DNA of 64,000 bases from Chthoniobacterales bacterium. GTDB taxonomy: Bacteria > Verrucomicrobiota > Verrucomicrobiia > Chthoniobacterales > Chthoniobacteraceae. The notes below the pieces were generated by a model. The model ran no database searches. It was given only the letters and a program-made list of their open reading frames with translations, and had not been told where the DNA came from. Where the stretch lies: the NCBI GenBank assembly GCA_038207335.1, contig JBBQZX010000012.1, positions 1 through 64,000 on the forward strand, written 5' to 3'. The translations under genes and the position numbers were made by a program. Of the stretch, positions 47,810 through 57,461 are shown one piece after another; positions within the stretch are counted from its first letter, which is position 1, and each line of letters starts with the position of its first letter.

Positions 47810-50800
47810 CTAGCGCAAGACCTTCGCCGCGGTTTGCTGCCCGAGCGCGCGGTAGCTCTCCCACTGGATGTCGTCGAAGAATTGATCGAACGTTGGTGTT
47901 TGGGGGAATTTCGGGTTGACCTTTCCGTAGTTGAGAAGGTCCTGGGTCAAACCGTCATTGAGGCCGGGCTTGAAGAGAAGAATCCACGAGACATCCGGGC
48001 TTCCGGCATAAGTCACGCGCGCCAGTGCCGCATGATGCCCGCCTTCGCGCTTGATGTCGTTCAACGTCCCGAGTTGGTCGGGATCCATCCAATCTTGAAT
48101 CCATTGGTCGAGACCGTCGCAATGCTCACCGAGGCTACTCACTATCTGCGCCCACCGATTCATGCACCGTTGGCCTGTCGGCAATGCTTGCTGGGCCGCT
48201 AGCTGCACAGGGTTCAGCGCAGCGTTCGCTTTGTCCCGAATTCCCTTTATATCCAACCATACGATCTCCGCGCGGAAATCTTCGCGCACTTGCTGAGTCA
48301 GCAGCGAGACGTCGTTCCACTGATACTCCACATCTTCACCCGCCTCGCTCACGATCATGAAGCGTACGCGTCGCCGGATCAGCTCGTAGAGCGCCGTGAC
48401 CTCGAAGTGCCCGCCATCGCTTAGGTACCAGAACCAACGCGACGGCCCGTAGAAGCGAGCGCGCCATTCGTCCAGCAACATGCTTTGCGCGCGGAAAACC
48501 GTCACCGGCAGGCGCTTGAGCCTGCGCCACGCCGACTCCGGATACTGACCGGGCCGCTCTTCCTTCCGAATCCCCGAGTCCCACCAATAGCCGAGCCGCA
48601 CATTTGCCAGTCCCATGAAAAGCGACAGTGAGAGCTTTGTGCCGCGCCCGATGCCGGTGGAAAATGCCGCGCCTGAAATCCCGATCCACTGGCCGAGAGT
48701 CAGGCTCTCGACCTCGGCGCTCCCGCTCTCTTTCGACTTCAGGACATGGAAGGCATTCGGATCGCTCGACACGTCCAGCGCATCGAGCGCCGTCAGCGCG
48801 GGCGCTGCTTCCTGCACCCGACGCCTCCCAAAGCTCGGCAGGAGCGGCTTGGAGTCATCCCCATCAACGCCCGCGAGCCAGCGGCGGAGCTTTTGCCAAT
48901 ACGGAAGCGAATCCGGCCGCGACCACCGCGCAAAGTAACGCCGGCCCACGCTGACTCCGTGCGGAGTGATGCACATCGGCAGGCCTTTGCGCTCGCGGAT
49001 GTCGCGCGCCGAGGCCGCATCGACGGTCTCGTTGATGGTGACATTCACGAGATGCAGCGGGCCGCCCTGCTGCTCGGGATGATACTTGTGCCACGGGATG
49101 TCGTCGTTCGGATGGGCGACGCCGACGTCGTGGCCTTCGCTGCTCGAGGAGGCATAGACACGCTCTTCGTTCGATGCGCCTTGGAACGTGCGAGTGAGCC
49201 GCGAGGCGTAGGTCGCCTGCAGCGAGGAGAGATTGAGAAAGTCGAACGCGCGCCCGATCGCGAGCGAGAATAATCCAGTCACGCTGAGGACGAAGACAGC
49301 CCAGCAGGTGCCCGCGAAAGTGAAGACCAGCTTATGCGCGTGGACATCGACGACGAAGATCAGGAACACCGCGAGCGGAATCCCAATCGCCGTGGCGAGG
49401 CCCTGCAACGAGAACTCCTTCTTGCCGCCCGGCGAGAGTGCCTGCTTCGCGTTCATTGCGATTTTTTGTAAAAACGGCATGAGCGGCGCGACCGCAGCTG
49501 CCGCGATCGACAGGCCGCGGACGAGCCCGTGCGTCGCGAAAAGGAGCGCGAAGGTATCGAGCACGACCCACGCGACGAGCGCGGCAAAAATGAGCAGCAC
49601 TTCGCCGAGCGAGCGCAGGACGCGATTCGCCACAATGCCGCCGACCTTTCGCCGCTCGGCTTCGGAATCCGCGCCTTCCGTCGCACCCCAGCGCGCGACT
49701 TCCTGCCACACCCACGCAAGGATGAGCGCCACGGCTGCAACCGCCGCGACGAGCGCACCGTGCGGAATGCCGAGCCCGATCAGCGCGCCCGTGAGCGCCA
49801 CCAGCCACGCGAGCAGCGAGAAGAACGGATAGGGCCGATACGAGCCGATCCGCGGCGCGAGCCAGTAGCTCAGCGTTGCCGGCAGCACAGCCACGCCGAG
49901 CGCCAGCACCGGCAGCCACCACCACGGCGAGAGCGTGATATTCCACACGACCGGGGCCCCCAACTGCGCCCGCAAAAGCGCGTGCAACTGGAACGCGCCC
50001 CAGCGATCCAGCAATCCCCCGCCCCCCGACGGCAGCCACGCGAGCAGGCCGAAGAGCGTGAAAAGCAGCGCGCCGGCGACGAGATAGACGGCGACGAGAT
50101 TGCGCCACAACACGGCGAGGTTCAGGTGCAGGTCGGTCGTGCCGGTCGCGAAAATGTAGTTCGCCTGAGACCGCAGCCACTCTATCGGGGCGGACCATGT
50201 GTCCTTCAAAGTCTCCTGCACGCGCTCGCACGGATCCTTCGCGAGCTTCGTGGACTCGCGCGTGAAAAGCCGCCCGAGAAAACTGCCAGCAAAGCCGCCG
50301 CCGGAGACGGTCGAAAGGATGTCCACCTCACGGATTCGGTTGCGCGCGGCAAGCGCCTGAATCACGCCCAGCGCGAAAGTCGAACTGCGAATACCGCCCC
50401 CCGAAAGCGCCAACCCAACTGTCCGCGCGGGGAGCTTTCGCTCGTCGCGCTCCTCGCCCGCGGGATCGCTAGGTCTCGCGGCTTTCTCGCGCCGGGCGCG
50501 GATCGCCGCCGCTTCGTCCTCCTCGAAACGAGCGGGATACACCGCCGTCAGCGAGTCCTCGATCAGCGTGTCCGCCGCTTTTTCGCTCACCATGTAGATC
50601 GGCGCCACGATGAAGTAGCCCGGGATTTTCGGAAACACAGACGCATCTACGATGCGCAGGCCGTTCACGCCATGGACTCGAAACCGGCTGTCCAGCACCG
50701 CACCGCGATCCTTGAGGTCATCCGTATTTGCCTTCCACGCGTCCGACCCGATCGGGCAGGTGCAAGAGCAATGATGCCCCCACGCCTGCGTCTTGATCCA

Positions 50801-53062
50801 CTCCTCCATCTCCGCCGTCCTATCCTCATACTTGTCGCCCGGCTGAATCTCCCGGACAAATTGCTTCGCGTTCCGCCCATTCACATTCCGCATGAACGCC
50901 ACAGCATCCACCAGCGCCGCGAGGTCGCGCTTGCTGCTCACCAGCTTTTCCTCATTCTCCGCCCACTCCGCCTCGACTGCCTTTCGTTCCGCCTTCAGCG
51001 ACTCCGGCAGAGCCTTTCCAGCCCGAGCCAGCGCCTCACAATCCGCGATCACGCTCGTCCTCCGCGCTCCGATAAGCGGACGAGCCGCCTCTGCCTTTTC
51101 ATTGAAGGCATCGAAGCAAATCTCCGGCATGTCGAAAGGACTCGCTGTCCGCAACCGCACACTCCCGTCGTGATTGCTCGTGTAGGCCTTTAAGATGACC
51201 CAGCTCCACAGCCGGTGCTTGTCCTCCGTCGCGCCGATCTTGTCTTTAAAAAGCTCGCGCGACCAATTCCAATAATAGCCGCGAAAAGCTGCGGGCGCTC
51301 CAAAGGTGAACAAGTCCGGCTCCACCTCATTGGCCTCCGCCGCCTGCTTCGAGCGGCGGATCACCGCCAGCGTTCCGCCATTCGTCGCGTAGAGTCCCGT
51401 CTTCGACTTCTCCCACTCACTGCGCGCTCGGTCGTCCGGATCTCCGGGCTCGAAAGAGACGCTGTTCAGAGTCTCGAAATCCTTGTCCAACTCGCTGACC
51501 ACCGTGACTTCATATCGGTCCTGCAAGTTGCGCCCGACGCCCGGCAGATTGATGCGCAGAGGCTTCTCATCCCGATAGATCACACTGCCATTCCGATCGC
51601 GCAGCGCGCATAGCTCTCCCTTCTCGGTGATAGCCCGCTCGGCTTTCGAAAGTCCCTTGAGAAAAGTGGCATCCTTCGATGCGGCGAGAGCTACCTGCTC
51701 CAAATGACCTCTCTCACTCGCCTCCGCCTGCACCTCACCGATGCCGGAAAGCATGAGTAGCTGCGGCGTATTGAATGCGCCTCCGCAAAGGATGATCTCC
51801 CCGGCGTCTTTCTTCGCAAAGTAAGAGAACCGCTCCCCCCGCGCGCCTTGCTGCACCGGGCTCGCTTCGTATAAGTGCTCACCCCGCGCAAACTCCACGC
51901 CGATCGCTCTCGGCACACCGCTCTCTTTGTCTATCTCAAATAGAACCCGGGTGACATGCACGCCGGTCTCGATCACGAGTCGGTCCGGGTATTTAAATTT
52001 TGTGTTGAGCAGGAACTCGCGCACGCCGAACCGGCGACCGTTCCCCGGCTCTCCTACATCCGTGGCTTCGGTCCCGCCCTCGATGCTGAGCGGGATTAAA
52101 AAAACACCTTCTGGCTTCGCTCGGCGCGTGTTGATGTCATTGAAGTCGATCGCCTGCACGACACGCGACCTCACGATCTGCTGCTTCAGAAACGTGACAA
52201 GTGCGTTATTGCCATGCAGTACGCCCAGCGCGGCGCGTATGATAGCATTGATGAACGGGCGGTCGTTCTTCGCGATCGTCGAGACGAGGAAAGGGTCGAT
52301 CAGATTGGTCGGCACCCATCCCTTGAAGCCATGCCCGCCATCATCCAGCACCGCACGCGGATCCAACAACAACACCACCCAGCGGTAGATTTTGTAAAAG
52401 ATTCCGAGCAGGTTCCGAAAAAAACGGTCGTAGGCCGAGAGATACTGATTTCGCTCCATCTTCGCGAAGTATCCGCGCATGGCACCCGCCCGCCACGAGG
52501 CATCGCCGGTCAGATTTGCGATGTAGTTCCAATCGTTGTCATTCGGGCAGATAGTAATCATCGCATGATGCGCCGTGCATCCGCCGATTCCAGCGGCGCG
52601 CGGGTAGAAAATACCTTGCTTCCTCCCCTCCAAAGGTGCGTCGAGAAACTTCGGCTTCAGCGGCTTCCCAGTATTCGGATCGATGCTCTTGTTATACTTA
52701 TCGTCCTTCTCCTGCGTCGCGTCATCCGCGTGATGCCTCACCGAAAACATCCAGCTAAACTCCTCATCCTCCGACGCCGCCGCATAGTATCCTGGAACCT
52801 TCGTCACCTCACCGACCCCAGCATCAGGGTAAGCTTTCGACTTCTTCTGGACCGGATCCGCTCCGGCTTCGAGCACCAGTACCCGCTTGCCAGCCTCCGC
52901 GAGCCGCGCCGCCAGAGGCCCACCGCCCGCGCCGGAGCCCACGATGATATAATCGAACTTCGAGTTCTCAGGACTCTTCGCGCCTTCAAGAAGATCGGCG
53001 CTTGGATCGTTCGTAGGTGCAACTCCGCTAGCGGGAGTATCGGTGATAATCGGCGGTTCCAT
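47810..53062 (-). CDS. Fusion protein: GMC oxidoreductase + polytopic patatin/cPLA2-type phospholipase
   Basis: GMC: DYIIVGSGAGG, GGAFNTPQLLMLSGIG, VGRNLQD, LRIVDASVFP. Lipase: GLALSGGGIRS, STVSGG, LSDGGHFE, flanking a multi-TM bundle. Confidence 0.88.
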   Translation of the reverse strand: MEPPIITDTPASGVAPTNDPSADLLEGAKSPENSKFDYIIVGSGAGGGPLAARLAEAGKRVLVLEAGADPVQKKSKAYPDAGVGEVTKVPGYYAAASEDEEFSWMFSVRHHADDATQEKDDKYNKSIDPNTGKPLKPKFLDAPLEGRKQGIFYPRAAGIGGCTAHHAMITICPNDNDWNYIANLTGDASWRAGAMRGYFAKMERNQYLSAYDRFFRNLLGIFYKIYRWVVLLLDPRAVLDDGGHGFKGWVPTNLIDPFLVSTIAKNDRPFINAIIRAALGVLHGNNALVTFLKQQIVRSRVVQAIDFNDINTRRAKPEGVFLIPLSIEGGTEATDVGEPGNGRRFGVREFLLNTKFKYPDRLVIETGVHVTRVLFEIDKESGVPRAIGVEFARGEHLYEASPVQQGARGERFSYFAKKDAGEIILCGGAFNTPQLLMLSGIGEVQAEASERGHLEQVALAASKDATFLKGLSKAERAITEKGELCALRDRNGSVIYRDEKPLRINLPGVGRNLQDRYEVTVVSELDKDFETLNSVSFEPGDPDDRARSEWEKSKTGLYATNGGTLAVIRRSKQAAEANEVEPDLFTFGAPAAFRGYYWNWSRELFKDKIGATEDKHRLWSWVILKAYTSNHDGSVRLRTASPFDMPEICFDAFNEKAEAARPLIGARRTSVIADCEALARAGKALPESLKAERKAVEAEWAENEEKLVSSKRDLAALVDAVAFMRNVNGRNAKQFVREIQPGDKYEDRTAEMEEWIKTQAWGHHCSCTCPIGSDAWKANTDDLKDRGAVLDSRFRVHGVNGLRIVDASVFPKIPGYFIVAPIYMVSEKAADTLIEDSLTAVYPARFEEDEAAAIRARREKAARPSDPAGEERDERKLPARTVGLALSGGGIRSSTFALGVIQALAARNRIREVDILSTVSGGGFAGSFLGRLFTRESTKLAKDPCERVQETLKDTWSAPIEWLRSQANYIFATGTTDLHLNLAVLWRNLVAVYLVAGALLFTLFGLLAWLPSGGGGLLDRWGAFQLHALLRAQLGAPVVWNITLSPWWWLPVLALGVAVLPATLSYWLAPRIGSYRPYPFFSLLAWLVALTGALIGLGIPHGALVAAVAAVALILAWVWQEVARWGATEGADSEAERRKVGGIVANRVLRSLGEVLLIFAALVAWVVLDTFALLFATHGLVRGLSIAAAAVAPLMPFLQKIAMNAKQALSPGGKKEFSLQGLATAIGIPLAVFLIFVVDVHAHKLVFTFAGTCWAVFVLSVTGLFSLAIGRAFDFLNLSSLQATYASRLTRTFQGASNEERVYASSSSEGHDVGVAHPNDDIPWHKYHPEQQGGPLHLVNVTINETVDAASARDIRERKGLPMCITPHGVSVGRRYFARWSRPDSLPYWQKLRRWLAGVDGDDSKPLLPSFGRRRVQEAAPALTALDALDVSSDPNAFHVLKSKESGSAEVESLTLGQWIGISGAAFSTGIGRGTKLSLSLFMGLANVRLGYWWDSGIRKEERPGQYPESAWRRLKRLPVTVFRAQSMLLDEWRARFYGPSRWFWYLSDGGHFEVTALYELIRRRVRFMIVSEAGEDVEYQWNDVSLLTQQVREDFRAEIVWLDIKGIRDKANAALNPVQLAAQQALPTGQRCMNRWAQIVSSLGEHCDGLDQWIQDWMDPDQLGTLNDIKREGGHHAALARVTYAGSPDVSWILLFKPGLNDGLTQDLLNYGKVNPKFPQTPTFDQFFDDIQWESYRALGQQTAAKVLR

Positions 53063-53065
53063 GGC

Positions 53066-56000
53066 TTAGAGGGTCTTCAGAAATACGATCAGGTTCTCCT
53101 TCTCCTCATCTGTCAGCGACTCGCCAAACCAATGCCCGCGATCGAGCACGAAGTCCGGACACTTGCTCGCCGCCATCAACGCCGGACCCGCCTTTTTCGC
53201 AAACACCTCATAAGCCTGCTCGCCGGAGAGATGCTCCTTGTTGATCTTTAAAATGGCGCGAGTAAGGCCCACGAGCGCAGGTGCGACCTTGCCGATCTTC
53301 TTGAGGTCGGGATCGAGGTTCATCAAAAGATTCACCGGCGTGCCGCGCGGGATGGGCCCGAGGTCGATGCCTTTGTAGTCGGCGTTCAACCAAGAGTTTG
53401 GCAGCACCGCCAGGACGGGGTTCACCTGCTTTAGGTGACCGGTGAGAAACTTGTTCACGAGGATGCCCGCGAAGAGTGTCACAAGCGTCGCGGTCACGAA
53501 AACCGCACGTGTAATAAAACGCCATTGTCCGCGCGCGAGCAGCAGGAGAATTCCCGCCAGCGCAACGATCGCAACATACAGCCAGAGCCAGCCACCTTTC
53601 TCGGCGATGACTCCGATCGCCGCCACTCCCACCGCGACCAACAGTAGCAAGATACCCGCGTGTCGCGTGTGGCCTTTCCAGATGAGGAGCGCGAATAGCA
53701 AAGTCAAGACCACCCACGACCAGAAACTCAGAATCGTGAATAGGATTGCGCCAAAGGTCTTGCCTACAAAGCCGACGAGCAGCCCTTGAATGATCGGCTG
53801 AATGAAGCCCGGCTGGAATCGGATGCGAGAATCGACCGGTAGGCGGTAGATGTAGCCGGGATCGTTGGCAGCGGCTTCGCTCCCTTCCGAGCGAATATCT
53901 CCGGGGTGCAGGTAAGTCTTGCCTTCGCGCGTGAAATTCGTCCGCTCCTTGTTCCAGAGCAGCTTGCGAATTGCGTCGTCAAACGCTTCGAGCCGCCCTT
54001 TCACGCTGGGATCTTGGTTGTAGATTCCGAGCGCGTTGTTGTGAAAAAATGGCGCAGTGGCCCAGATGCTTATCAGCGTCGCCGGCCGGAAGTAACCCGG
54101 GCCGCCTATCTTGCGGCCATCGTTGTATTGGTCATTCGTTCCATACGGATCGAACTTCACCGCCGAAGCCTCGACTTTGTAAGGATTGAAGTAACGAATG
54201 TCTCCGACCGACTTCAGCGTTTTGAAGGTCTCCGACGAGTAGTTGTCCCACACATTTCCCCGCATCGCATTCGTCGCCATCGCGCGCCCGGAGTAAGTGC
54301 CGGTGAGAGTGATCGGGATGCGCAGTTCGTTGGAAAGGAAGTTGTCTTTGAGGAATTCGTCCTCCTTTCCTGCCTCCGGCGCTGCGCCAGCGACCACGGC
54401 GATCTTGTCGCGGAAATCTTTCATCGCTGGGCTTGCCCTGAACTCGTCCCAGTGCGTGTATTCCATCGGAAGCGTGTAGATGGGCGGCTTCCCCTCGCCC
54501 GGCTTTGGCGCTTTATCCCAACTAGTGGAGATCGCGCGCTCGAACTGGAGGTCGAAACCTTTCGGCAGCTTGCTCGAATGACAAATGGCGCAGTTATCCA
54601 GGAACACCTTTCGGCCTGTGACAAGCTTGGATCGCGTTTGCTCGTCTTCGATCCACTTCTTGCCGGGAAGTTCGCGAGCGACCTTTCCGCTGGCGTCTAG
54701 GGCTGCCCTCCCATCCGCCGCGCGCACGACTTCCCGCGCATCCTTTAGCTTCATCCCCGACGTGCTTTTTGCCACGATGCCTTTGTAGCCAATGTCGAAG
54801 AACTTCGCCATGTAGGGAACGCGGTAGTTCACGTTCACGTTCCAATAAACCGAGTTCGCGCGTCCGACCTCGATACTGAACGGACGCTGCGGCGTGTAGC
54901 CGAGCACCAGATTTCCAGTCGTGAGCCAATACTCGGGAAAGACGCCGACGTTGTGAGGTACGCGCTCCAACGCGCCCAAGATGCCGATGCTATCTTCGCC
55001 GGGCCCCAACACCATCGGGAAATGCCGCTGCTTGACGGGACCATCCGGGTTGCTGCTCGTCTCGGGGTTCTCGATACTCGGCAGCATCAGGTTCTCGCGG
55101 CTTTGGAGTTCCGATGGCTTTTCGAGCGCGCGCGCAAGACGCGATGGCACGTCGAAGATGGGATTGATGACGTTGGTGTTGTTGATGTGGTCGGTGCTGA
55201 CCAGCGACGTGTCGATCGAGCCGGGTGCCTGGCTTTTCAAAAAATGGTAAAGGAAGTCTGGCTTCATCCGCAGGTTGGCATTGGCCGCCTGCGGGTCCCA
55301 GTATTGCGCGCCGATGATGGAGGAAAGGTTCTCCCACTCTGGTTCCGCGTTATCCACCGGCGGATTCAGCGGATGCTGAGCGACGTGGCAGAAGCCGCAC
55401 GACATCGTCACCCGGAATGGCCGGACTAGCTTCGGGTCGGCGTTAATATTCGTGTCGGTATAATACCGTCCATTGGTGCTTTCGACTTGCTTCTTCCAGT
55501 AGGCGCGCGCCTCCGCGGCGTTTGCTGTCTTGGCGAAAAAATCGGGGTTTAGCATGAGGCGCAACCCGAAGATGCCGCTCGGATAGCCATAGATTGAGGT
55601 ATCCAATCCATCCTGCGGCAGCTTGCTGCGCACGATTTCGGGGATGTAGTCCTTGAAGCTGTCGTCGCGCCTCTGCTGGTTGTCCCAGTCGGCCAGCGTC
55701 ATCCATGGCTCGAAGAGTTGTGTGGGATGGCCGGGAGGGGCCTTCGGCTGATAGACTGGCTTTTCCATCGCCCTGCCTTGCGCGTCGTAGCGTTCAGGCT
55801 CGGGTTCATCGTAGCCGGAACCTTCGTAGGGTAAGATGATCGGTTCGCCGTTGTCATCGCGCGGCGGCGGGGGACGGAGCATCCCGTTCCTCCAGTCGCC
55901 GCCTTTCGGTTGGTCTAGGTAAAGACCGAGGATCGTCTTGGCGGAAGATGTAAAGCCGGGCTGGTTAATCAAACCAGCGCTCTTGAAGCGGTTCGCGCGC

Positions 56001-56518
56001 TGGCGCGAATCCATGAGGATGAGGTAGTCGGTCAGGCCATAGCCATTCTGCTGGAGCCAGTTCCAAAAGGTTTCGTTGCCTCCGCCCCACAGCAGCCAGG
56101 TATTGCGCCCGCGGATTGCATCGCGCTCGCTGTCGCTCAGACCGCTGACTTTTCCTTTCGAGCTTCCATCCTCATCGAAGTCCAGCGGGCCGAATTTTCC
56201 GTCCTTTCCCACCACCCAGTCCATCTTCCAAAACAAGTCGCGCGGCTCCGCAGGAAAGCACTCGGCGGTACGCGGGGTAACTGGCGTTCCGTTGATAGTC
56301 TTCCCACCCATCGCCTCGTCGAGGACTTCGCCGGGGATGGTTCCTTTCGGGTGGTAAGATGGGCGTTCTTGCTTGCTGGCGCTCTCCGCTTGCGCCTTTG
56401 GGTAGGCTGGCGGCGGATCGTAAGTAACGGGTGCGTCATCGCCGAGACTCGTGGAAGCCAGCGCGAGCAGGGCGAGCGCGACGAAGGATTGATTTTGAAG
56501 AAGACTGCGAGTGTTCAT
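53066..56518 (-). CDS. Large exported diheme c-type cytochrome with 4-TM insertion
   Basis: Signal peptide from ATG 56518; CGFCH (about 55385-55399) and CAICH (about 54578-54592); IWATAPFFHNN; C-terminal GHWFG..LTDEEKENLIVFLKTL. Confidence 0.82.
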   Translation of the reverse strand: MNTRSLLQNQSFVALALLALASTSLGDDAPVTYDPPPAYPKAQAESASKQERPSYHPKGTIPGEVLDEAMGGKTINGTPVTPRTAECFPAEPRDLFWKMDWVVGKDGKFGPLDFDEDGSSKGKVSGLSDSERDAIRGRNTWLLWGGGNETFWNWLQQNGYGLTDYLILMDSRQRANRFKSAGLINQPGFTSSAKTILGLYLDQPKGGDWRNGMLRPPPPRDDNGEPIILPYEGSGYDEPEPERYDAQGRAMEKPVYQPKAPPGHPTQLFEPWMTLADWDNQQRRDDSFKDYIPEIVRSKLPQDGLDTSIYGYPSGIFGLRLMLNPDFFAKTANAAEARAYWKKQVESTNGRYYTDTNINADPKLVRPFRVTMSCGFCHVAQHPLNPPVDNAEPEWENLSSIIGAQYWDPQAANANLRMKPDFLYHFLKSQAPGSIDTSLVSTDHINNTNVINPIFDVPSRLARALEKPSELQSRENLMLPSIENPETSSNPDGPVKQRHFPMVLGPGEDSIGILGALERVPHNVGVFPEYWLTTGNLVLGYTPQRPFSIEVGRANSVYWNVNVNYRVPYMAKFFDIGYKGIVAKSTSGMKLKDAREVVRAADGRAALDASGKVARELPGKKWIEDEQTRSKLVTGRKVFLDNCAICHSSKLPKGFDLQFERAISTSWDKAPKPGEGKPPIYTLPMEYTHWDEFRASPAMKDFRDKIAVVAGAAPEAGKEDEFLKDNFLSNELRIPITLTGTYSGRAMATNAMRGNVWDNYSSETFKTLKSVGDIRYFNPYKVEASAVKFDPYGTNDQYNDGRKIGGPGYFRPATLISIWATAPFFHNNALGIYNQDPSVKGRLEAFDDAIRKLLWNKERTNFTREGKTYLHPGDIRSEGSEAAANDPGYIYRLPVDSRIRFQPGFIQPIIQGLLVGFVGKTFGAILFTILSFWSWVVLTLLFALLIWKGHTRHAGILLLLVAVGVAAIGVIAEKGGWLWLYVAIVALAGILLLLARGQWRFITRAVFVTATLVTLFAGILVNKFLTGHLKQVNPVLAVLPNSWLNADYKGIDLGPIPRGTPVNLLMNLDPDLKKIGKVAPALVGLTRAILKINKEHLSGEQAYEVFAKKAGPALMAASKCPDFVLDRGHWFGESLTDEEKENLIVFLKTL

Positions 56519-56923
56519 TGTATTGGATGGGTCGGGATGAGTCGCAAGGACACGTCCGCGTGCCTGTGGATGCGCCGGTTGGAAAGTCATGGGCGGGACG
56601 TTCCGTCGCTGCAGATGTGCCTCTGCGGAGTTTCCTTGAAGACCCTTAACAAGAGAACCTCGCGCTCCATCCACTGCGCCAGCAGTTGCAGCCGTTTTCA
56701 CACACGCTGGGTTAGGGAGCTGGTTGACGGGTTGTCAACAAGAAAGTTTAGAACGTGCGGCGGCTCTATGTGAACCAGCGGTCAGCACGTGATTGCAGAC
56801 GACGCGTCGCGCGCGCTGCGTGTGGGCTTGGGGTATTTTCAGGCGAGCCCCACATCAACAAGCGCGTGCCCAGCGGATCACCGGCCACGGCACGCAGGTC
56901 GCGTGCTCCACCCAAACCCACCC

Positions 56924-57231
56924 CTAAAACGCATTCACGCTCAACGTGAAATGCAGCCCGTAGTCTTGGAGATTTTCTCCGTCGCTCACCACGTCACGAC
57001 GGTTTAGCGCATAACCCAGTAGATCTGCGCGCTCACGTATTTCGACGGCGTGAAGATCACGCCGATCCCGATGCTCGTCAGCGTTTCCGACCGATCGTCG
57101 ATCTGATTCCGCGGCGGCTTTTTGCCGATGAACTCCACGCGATCCCACCCGACGCCAACATCGAAAAACGGCGCGAGCGTCACGATCGGCGTCTTCTCTT
57201 TTCCCCGCCACACCGGCACCCGCAGCTCCGA
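56924..57231 (-). pseudogene. ShlB/FhaC/HecB (TpsB) C-terminal fragment, frameshifted
   Basis: ELRVPV..LAPFFDVGVGW..LTSIGIG..AQIYW, then a frameshift near 57015 to GYAL..LQDYGLHFTLSVNAF*. No upstream body present. Confidence 0.8.
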
Positions 57232-57461
57232 GTCTCAGCAAGAAATGACGACGCGCCCGAAAGGGCGCGCTCGCTAACCGTCTGAAATGACTCAAATAAA
57301 AGCAGAAGATGACAACGCGAGGGATGCTTCCTCGTGGAAATCCAGTGGTGGGACGGTTCTTCGCACTCTCTCCCGGCGTCGTCTTTTTCCTTTGGTCGCT
57401 GGCCGCCGGCATCTTCCTCTTCACTTGTGCCGAGTGATTGCAGTGGTATCTCTCCCCCTCC

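Noticed and set aside
57240..57370. Possible tRNA 3' remnant or att site (hairpin plus TGGTGGG)
   Set aside because: No T-loop (TTCGA) complement at the expected spacing and no integrase nearby.
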